Below are positions 10,301 through 19,300 of a DNA stretch of 35,025 nucleotides, in pieces (the first letter of the stretch is position 1; each line of letters begins with the position of its first letter). The notes beneath the pieces were generated by a model. It had not been told where the DNA came from, ran no database searches, and was given only the letters and a program-made list of their open reading frames with translations. The stretch covers positions 1 to 35,025 of the forward strand of contig JAWCKR010000015.1 in NCBI GenBank assembly GCA_038851755.1, read 5' to 3'. The translations under genes were made by a program, and so were the position numbers. This stretch comes from Candidatus Hadarchaeales archaeon. Its GTDB lineage: Archaea; Hadarchaeota; Hadarchaeia; Hadarchaeales; WYZ-LMO6.

Positions 10301-13300
10301 CCAGGTTCCCCGCGTTGTCCCTCGCGCAGACCCTCCAGTAGAAGTTCTTGCCTTCGAGGTTCAGGGCCTCCAGCAGCTCTGGGGTGGTCCACCAGTTCTC
10401 CTGGACCCAGCCCGAGTCGTACACGTTGTAGAGTTCAGGATCGAAGGTGGAGCTCTCGCACACCCAGACCCGGTACAGAACGGGTTTGGAGTTCTCCTCC
10501 ACGGCCTGCCAGGTGAGGGTTGGGGTGATAGAGGTCCAGGCTCCTCCTACGGGGGAGAGCGGCACGGGTGCGGATGGCCTCACCGTATCCACCCTGAAGC
10601 TCCAGATCTGGCTCCAGGTGAGGCTGAGGTTGCCTGCGTTGTCCCTGGCCTTCACCCTCCAGTAGTAGACGCCGTCCTGCAGCGCGTTCTCGAGAGGAAG
10701 TTCAAACACGTTGTCGAGAACCCAGCCGAAGCTGAAGAGGTAGGGCTCGCTCAGCGTGGGCTCGTCGTCGATCTGGATCCAGTAACCCACGGGAAGGGAG
10801 TTCTCTGGGACGGAGTACCACCTGAAGGTGGGAGTGTTATCGTTCAGGTTCTCACCGTTCGCCGGCGATAGGAGGGTGGGAGCGGACGGCCTGACCGTGT
10901 CCACCCTGAAGGTCCAGACCTCGGACCAGGGAGAGTTCTCTCCTCCCCTGAACAACCTCACCCTCCAGTAGTACAGGTTGTCCTGGAGTTGGTTCTCCAG
11001 CTCGTGGGAGGTGACCGTGAGGCCGGTCTTCCAGTAGATCACGGGCTCGGAGAAGGTGGGCTCGTTGTCCACCTGGAGCTCGAAGTTGTCGGCGGGGGCC
11101 TGGTTCTCCCAGCTCAGGGTGGGGGTGGTGTCGTTGGTGTTGGTCCCGGAGGGCGGGGAGAGGAGGGTGGGCGCTAGCAGCGGGGCGGAGAGGACGGAGG
11201 CCCAGGCCTCAAGCTGGGTCCAGAGAACCACGGCGGACCCGGTACCCATCCAGCCCTCCAGGAGCTCCCATCGCGCCGGGGAGGAGAGTGAGAGGGACCA
11301 GGTTTCGAGGGGCCTCCACAGTGCGGAGGCCGTGAGCATCACCGTCCAGGTTTCGGCCGCCCTCCAGAGGGCCCGGGCACTCGCCGTCCCCACCCACGTC
11401 TCCACACACCACCAGGAAGCGTACGTCTGGAGGGTTACCACCCAGGCTTCAACTGTCCACCAGCTTGCGGCGGCCAGGACACCTCCCGTGCAGGAGTCCA
11501 GCTCCCTCCAGCCCGCGGAGGCCCAGGCACCTCCAGTCCAGCCTTCCATCCAGCACCAGGAGGCCCGGGCCTCGGCGACCAACGTCCATTTCTCCACCTC
11601 CTCCCAGAGGGAGGGCGCGACAGTGGTAACGGTCCAGCTCTCCTGCACTGACCACAAGGCCGGGGCCTGACTTCTGGCCATCCAGCCCTCCACCTGGGAC
11701 CAAGAGGCCAAGGTCACCACGTATCCCTCCCAGGTCTCTATTCCTCCCCATCCGGCCGGTGCCTGAGAAACAACGCTCCACCCTTCCAGGAGGGACCAAG
11801 TTGCGGAGGACTGAACCTCCCCAGCCCAGCCCTCCACCTCCCTCCATCCGGCCCTCGCTCCGGCCAGGAGGGACCAGGACTCCATCATGGACCAGAACGC
11901 CACGGTCTCCAGCGCTCCCGCGAGGGTATCCAGGGGCTGCCAGGATCCCAAGGCCTGAAGCGCCACGGTAAGGGTATCCAGGACCCACCAGCCGGCCGGC
12001 GAGTGCGCACTGCCCTCCCAGGTCTCGAGCGCCACCCAGGAGGCTGGAGCCGGGAAGACACACATCCAGGTCTCGAGCGCCACCCAGGAGGCGGGTGACT
12101 GGTCCGTCCACCACCATCCCTCCAGGGCTGACCAGCCAGCGAGCGTGCTCACCCCTTCCTCCCATCCCTCCAGAGCTGACCAGAGGACGGAGGTCCGCAG
12201 TTCCGTAACCCAGGCCTCCATCGGCTCCCATCCCGCCACCGCCTCCAGAGTGGTGCTCCAGCCTTCGGTCGCCCTCCAGAGGGCCTGTGCCTCCACCGTG
12301 CCCGACCAGGAATCCGCAGCGCTCCAACCCGCCGGGGACTGGAGGGTGCAGACCCAGACTTCGGCGGGTGACCAGGAAGCCGGACCACCGACGACCGCCG
12401 CGAAGGATTCCAGGGACTCCCACCGCGCCGTGGCCCGCACCCCCTCCGCCCAGCCATCCAGGGCCTGCCATCCCGCGGAGGTCCTTGCCTCTCCTGACCA
12501 CTCCTCCAGAGACCACCAACCTACCGGAACCAAAACTGACACCGATGCCGAATCCAAGATCCGCCACTCGACCTGGGAGGCCAGAGAGCAAGCCCACCCC
12601 TCCACTCCCCGCCACTCGGCCACGGAGCTCAAGCCCACGCTCCACCCCTCCAGGGCTGACCAGACCGCGGGAGAACCCGCCAGGCTTGCCCACGCCTCCA
12701 CCACCCTCCACTCCGCCGCTGCTCCGGCCGAGGAGGCCCAGAGGTCCACCTCCTGCCAGACGGGGGTGGAAGTCCCACCCGCCATCCGGGAGTCGAGCCA
12801 CCGCCACTCCACGAGCGTACCCATCTCACCCGAGAACTCCTCCAGCGCGAACCATCCCGCCACCATCCCCACGCCTTCCGTCCACTGCTCCAGCTCTCTC
12901 CACCAGGCCGAAGCCTGGACCCCGGACATCCAGGAATCAAGCGTTATCCAGCCCGAGGGGAGGGTGAAGGCTCCCGCCCCCCAGCCCTCCAGCTCCCTCC
13001 ACACCGCCACCACGTTGACCGTCCTGGTCTCCGAGACGTTCTCACCCGCGGCGTTCACGGCCCAGACCCTCCAGTAGTAGGTCCCGTAGTCCTGGAAGAC
13101 CGTGGAGTACCAGTTGTCGTCCGGGGGAGACCTCCAGACGTTCTCCACCGGGGAGGAGAAGTCGGGGTCGTTGTCTATCTCTATGCGGTGGTTATCAGCG
13201 GTGGAGCCCCTGATCCAGGTGAAGGTGACCTCCAGGGGGACGTTCTCGCCATCCGCCGGGGAGAGGAGGGAGGGGGCCCCAGGCGGTCCCGTCACGACCG

Positions 13301-16300
13301 TGAAGGTCCTGACCACGGAACAGTTCTCCCCGAAGGCGTTGAGGGCCCAGACCCTCCAGTAGTAGGTGGCAGGAGCGTAACCGGGCGAGGGCTTGGTCCA
13401 GCTCCTGGTGGCGGCGGGGAAGAGCAGGTTGTCCAGGGGGGAGGAGAAGTCGGAATCGTTGTCCACCTCGAGCCTGAAGTTCTCCAGCGGGCTGGTGTTG
13501 TCCCACTGGAAGGTGGGGGTGGGAGTGGTGAAGGCGTTGTTCTCCGGGAGGAGGGGGGCGGGCGAGGAGGGCATGCACCCCAGGTTCTCCTCCCATCCCT
13601 CCACCACCCTCCACTCGGCGGTGGAGCTGAGGGAGGCCCACCGATCTTCCAGCGGGTGCCAGCTGGAGGGGGCTGGGAGGATCGCCCACCAGACTTCCTG
13701 GACCCGCCAGAGAACCTGGGCCTGTGCGGTTTCAGTCCAGGCTTCAACCTCCCTCCAGAGGACCAGAACCTGTACAGTCGCCCAGTAGCTGTCGATTTCC
13801 CGCCAGCTTGCCGAGGTCCCGAGAAGGGTGGTGAAGGTCTCGACCACCCACCACCAGGCCGTGGCCACGATTTGCTCGGTCCAAGAGTCGAGCGGACACC
13901 ATTCGGCCTGGACCCGAACCGTCCAGGTCCAGGAGTCCACCCGCGACCACTGAATGGAAACCGTGACCTCAACCGTGAAAACATCGAGGGCAAGCCACTG
14001 GGCTGGCCCTCCTATCTCCCCTGCAAGGGAATCAAGGAACAGCCAGAGGGCCTGAGTCTCGAGCATTCCCATCCAAGTATCGAGGTACTGCCAGCCCGCC
14101 TGTGCCTGCACACTTCCGGCCCAAGTCTCAATCAACCGCCAAGAAGCGGGGGTCTGAAGGGTATCCGCCCAATCCTCGAGGATCCACCATGAGGCGCGTG
14201 CGAGGACCACACAGGTCCAAGATTCTAGTGCCATCCATTCAGCCTGTGTTTGAACCGCTCCCATCCAGGAATCCAGCCTGGTCCAAGCCACGGGCGGAGA
14301 AACCTCTACCGTCCAGGCCTCAAGCTTCTGCCAGGAGGCCTGTGTAGAGACCGCACACATCCAGGAATCCGTAGGCTGCCAGGAGGCCTGCGCCCGAGCA
14401 CTCACCGTCCAACTTTCGACGGTCCTCCAGAGTGCTACAGTCCCCGCGCCCCCAGTGCAAGTGTCCAACTCCTCCCAAGCCCCCGCGGTCCAAGCACTTC
14501 CATCCCAGCTCTCGACCGCCCTCCACCCGGCCGTGGTAAGGGCCTCTCCCGTCCAAGTATCCACCGCCGACCAAACGGCCGTGGTCTGGAGTTCCCCCAT
14601 CCAGCTTTCCAGCACTCGCCAGACACAAACCACGGTGAAGTACCAGACGTTTTCCGAGACGTTCTCCCCGGCGGCGTTCACGGCCCAGACCCTCCAGCGG
14701 TAGGTCCCGGGCGCGTATCCTCCCGACTTCACCCAGCTGTTCTCCCCCACCACCCAGACGTTGTCCACGCAGCCGTTGGTCCAGTCCTCGTCGTTGTCCA
14801 CCTCGATCCTGTGGTTCTCGGCGTTCGCCCCGTTCTCCCACTCGAAGGTCACATCTTCGTAGGCGGGAAAGATCGAGTTGTTCTCGGGCCTGTAGAGCTT
14901 GGGACTCCCCGGAAGAAGCTGGGTCTGGATGCTCTCCGTCCAACTCTCCAGGAACAGCCAAACCGCCACAGTCTGGACGGCCTCACCCCAGCCTTCCACG
15001 ATCTGCCAAGAACCGGCGGCGCGAACCACGATGGTCCAGCTCTCAACCATTACCCACAGAGTGGTCGGCTGGATGTTCTCCACCCAGCCCTCGAGGATTT
15101 GCCAGGAAGCTGTGGTTCCTACCCCTCCAGCACAGGAGTCCAACTCTCTCCAGCTCACGAAGGTCAGGATCTCGCCTGTAAACGTTTCAAGGGACCTCCA
15201 GGCACCCAGGGACTGCACCGTGCTTGTCCAAGCTTCCAGGTGCTGCCAGCTCACCGGGGAACCAACGCTGTCAACCCAGCCCTCGACCATGTACCACGCA
15301 ACTGCGATTTGGAGGCTTCCTGCCCAAGTGTCAAGAACCTGCCAGAAAGCTCCTGTCAGGATTCCCTGCATCCAGGCATCGAGAGGCTGCCAAGCGACCC
15401 TCCCTTCCACCGTCCAAGTCCAAACTTCAAGTGGCTGCCAGCTCACCCCACCCTCCGCGACCACGCTCCACGCGTCGACTGGCTGCCAAGAGGCCTGGGT
15501 CTGGAGCTCCGTCGTCCAGGCATCGAGAGTTTGCCAGGAGATTGCGGTCCAAACCACTCCGGACCAGCTTTCCAGGGCCCGCCAGCCTGCCTGAGCCAGC
15601 AGCTCCACCGACCAGTTTTCCAGGGCCCGCCAGTGGGCTGGAGCCGAAACTTTCCCCGTCCACTCCTCCACAGGAAGCCAAGAAGAAGGCGCTCCAACGG
15701 TGGAGGCCCAGCTCTCCTGCATCTGCCATGCCGCCGTGGTTCCCAGAACCTCGGTCCACTGCTCGAGACTCGCCCAGCTCCCTCTACCCTCCACCCTCAC
15801 AGCCCATTCCTCGATCGACCGCCATGAGGCCTGGAAGTGGAGCGCGCTTTCCCAGACCTCGAGGGTCCACCAGCTTACTGACACGGACATGGCGCCCATC
15901 CACTCGTCCACCGTCCACCAGTTCCCAGGCGCACGCAGGGTCTCGGACCAAACCTCCATCGTCTGCCAACCGACCTGTACCACACCTGCGCCTGTCCACG
16001 TCTCGAGCGACCTCCAGCTGGCCCCTCCCTCCAAGACCTCCGTCCAAGTCTCAAGCTCCGCCCAGGAAATTTTGGTTGGAAGGACGCAGGACCATGAGTC
16101 AAGGAAGGACCAACCCGCTACCGGGGAAGAAACCCCCCCGAGCCAGGATTCCAGCCAGAACCAGTCAGAGGGGGGGATGGAGAGGTTCTCCGTCCAGGAG
16201 TCCAGAACTCTCCAGGTACAGATCCTGAGGACCCTCGAAGGGGAGGAATTCTCGTTCCCCGCGTAGTCGACGGCGCCCACCCTCCAGGTGTGCTCCCCGA

Positions 16301-19300
16301 GCGAGAAGGTGTGGGAGTAGGAGGTGACGGTGTTGTCCACCTCCACTAGCCCTTCGTCCACGTAGATTCGATAGTTGTCCACGCCCGTCAGAGCATCCGT
16401 CGAAGGGTTCCATTTGAGCTCCACCTGAGCTTCGGAGAGGTCCAGGTAAGTGTTGTTCTCCGGGGACACGAGAGGGGGGGCGGTGGGTGGATGGGTATCC
16501 ACCGTGAACTTCCAGACGTTGTCCGACCAGTTCTCATAGCCCGCACCCGTGGCCGCAACCTTCCAGTAGTAGACGTTGTCAGGGAGCTGGTTCTCTATCT
16601 CCAGAGAGGTCAGGGCCGGTGGGATGTTCGAATTATCGTAGACGTTCTCCGAAAAATTGGAATAGGGGCTGATCACCAGCCTGTAACCGGTGTGGTTGTC
16701 GGATGCCGTCCAGGCAAAGGCTGGGGTGTTGTCGTTGAGGTTTTCGTTGTTTTTTGGAGAAGCCAGCTGGGGGCGCCCTGGACCGTAGACCACCACCCTG
16801 CAGAAGTCCACCATGAGGCTCGTCTGGATGGAGTCGTTGTCCCTCTGGATGTATCTCGCATAGACGTTCCCGCCGGAGAGGTAGCTGGTTCCCGTAAGGT
16901 TGTAGCTGAAGAAAAGGGGGCTCCCGGCACTCCCCCCTACCTGCAGGTTCCCCAAGTTGTCCCACTGGCCCGTCGAGAAGTTGTAGAGGTAAAGCGAGAT
17001 GGGTTCAGAGTCCCCCGCCGTGTAGTACTTTATTTCTAGGATGTGGCCCGTGCCGCTGGGTATGTCCGTTATGTCGTGCCGGACATCCACACGATAGGCC
17101 TTGGGGATTTCCCTCCACTCCGCGAAGAGCCTGTGGACGTGGGCCGTGCTTCCGGCTCCCTCCTGATAGAGAACTATTCCCTCCCCTGGCAGGAGGAGGA
17201 GCGGTCCCGTGATCTCGAACGTGAGCAGCCGAACGCCCGTTATCTGTGGGGTCAGAGCAGCGCCTGCGGCTCCCGGGGAGGTGACCGAAACCAGCCTGCT
17301 CGTCGCTTCGCCCACAGGAATGACCGTGGCATTACCATACCTGGCCACCAGAGCGGGAGCGGGTGCATCCGTGTGTTTCCTTGGAACGTTGTCGGGGGGA
17401 ATAGAGGTCGCACCCGTGGCTGACGATATCCTCCGCACCGTTATCGGAACATAAGTGGCTGTGGTAGTGGCAACCACCATCACCATCATCTTCTTGATTA
17501 CCGCAACGTTGTTGGAATCCGCTGGATTGAAGAAGGAGGCGAAGTTGTCACCTGCGGTGGCGGTACCAGTCACCGGGCCTATGGAGAGCACGTAGTCCCT
17601 CTCGGCGGAGGGAGCGGTGGTCGTTTCTGCCCATTCTACTAGGAGTATCACCCTATGACCTGTGTTCCCCGTCCCGGACTCCTGGTAGAGGGCTATTCCT
17701 TCCCCGGGTTTCAGGACGAGGGGCTCATTGGGCACGAACACGAGGCTCTGCCACCCGTGCTGCTGTCCCACCGCCCCCTCCGAGGTTATTCCCAGAATCC
17801 GGCTTTCCGTGGCACCCGCAAAAGTGACCGTGGGGCCTGTGTGTCTGATGTCCATCGCGGTGTCCGTGGACCCTGTGTGCTTCTTGGGGACGTTCGCGGC
17901 GGCTATCTGGGTCCCACCGCTGGCTGCCGTGATTCTCCTAACGCTCATCGGGATGTAGGTCGCTGCCGCTGCCGCCGAGACCCTCGCCTCAATCCTCTTG
18001 ACAATCGCGTACTTCCCAGACCCAGCGGGATTGAGGATTGAAGCGTAGGTATAGGGCATGGTGGTTGAGCCATTTATGGGCCCTATCGAAAGGAGGTATT
18101 CTCCTTTCGGGGAGGGTGCGGTGGACACCTCGGCCCACTCTATGTAGGCCGAGAAGTGGTGGTCGATATCTCCCGCCGCTTCGGAGTAGAACGCTATCCC
18201 CTCTCCTGGCTGAAGAATCAGCTTTTCATCGTCCCCACCAAATACTATCTCCCTGTTGACGTACTGTCCTGCCGCACCAGGGGTAACCACGCTCAACAGC
18301 CTGGAGTCGGCCGTGCCGCTCCAGGTGAAACCGGGGGTGACCCCCAGGTTGTACCTGAGGTCCATCGCGGTGTCCGGGGATCCCGTGTGCTTCTTGGGGA
18401 CGTTCGCGGCGGCTATGGCGGTCCCCGCGCTGGGGGCGCCCGTGAACCTGCGCACCGTGAAGGGGATGTACAGTGCTGCGGCGTCGGCGATAATCCTCAC
18501 CCCAATCCTCTTCACAACTGCGGTTCTGCCAGAGCCGGATGGATTGTAGAACGAGTAATAGACATAGTTGGCTCCCGGCGCGGTGCCCAGCTCAACCCTG
18601 GGAAAGGCCAACAGGTACTCTCCCTGGGAAGAGGGAGTGAAAGTTTTCTCGTCCCACTCCACGGTCATGAAGATGAGATGATTGGAATCGCTCGCGGCCT
18701 CGTTGTACAACGCAACGCCCTCGCCGGGTTGCAGGATTATGGGTTCGTTCGGCTCAAAGATGAGTTCCTTCTTGGCATACTGTTGGTCTGCGGCTCCTGG
18801 CGAAATCACGAGCATCAGCCTAGAGTCGGCCGTGCCGCTCCAGGTGAAACCGGGGGCGGTTCCGAGGGCATGCCTGAGGTCCATCGCGGTGTCCGCGGAT
18901 CCCGTGTGCTTCTTGGGGACGTTCGCGGCGGCTATCTGGGTCCCCGCGGTGGGGGCGCCCGTGAACCTCCTGAGGGCAAAGTTTGAGGTGTATACTGCGC
19001 CACCATCGCAGTCTATGCTTATCCTGACCCTCCTGATGATGGCGGTCCTGCCCGAAGTCGAAGGATTGTAGAAGGAGTAGTGAACGTAGCCGGCGGCCCA
19101 GTTTGTCCCACTCCTCCTCGGGAAGGTCAGGATGTAGCCACCCATAGGTGTCGGCGCGGTGGGAACCTCCTTCCATTCGACCAGGAGGTAGATCCTGTGG
19201 TTGGTATTACCCGCCGTCTCCTGGTACAGGGCTATTCCCTCGCCTTCCCGCAGAACCAGGTTTTCCTGTTGGAACACCACTTCCTGGTGACCCTGATGGG

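Noticed and set aside
6305-16217. 48-nt periodic repeats as a CRISPR array or DGR
   Set aside because: Conservation is at protein level within one ORF. There is no invariant repeat-spacer pattern, cas gene, reverse transcriptase or adenine-specific template/variable pair.
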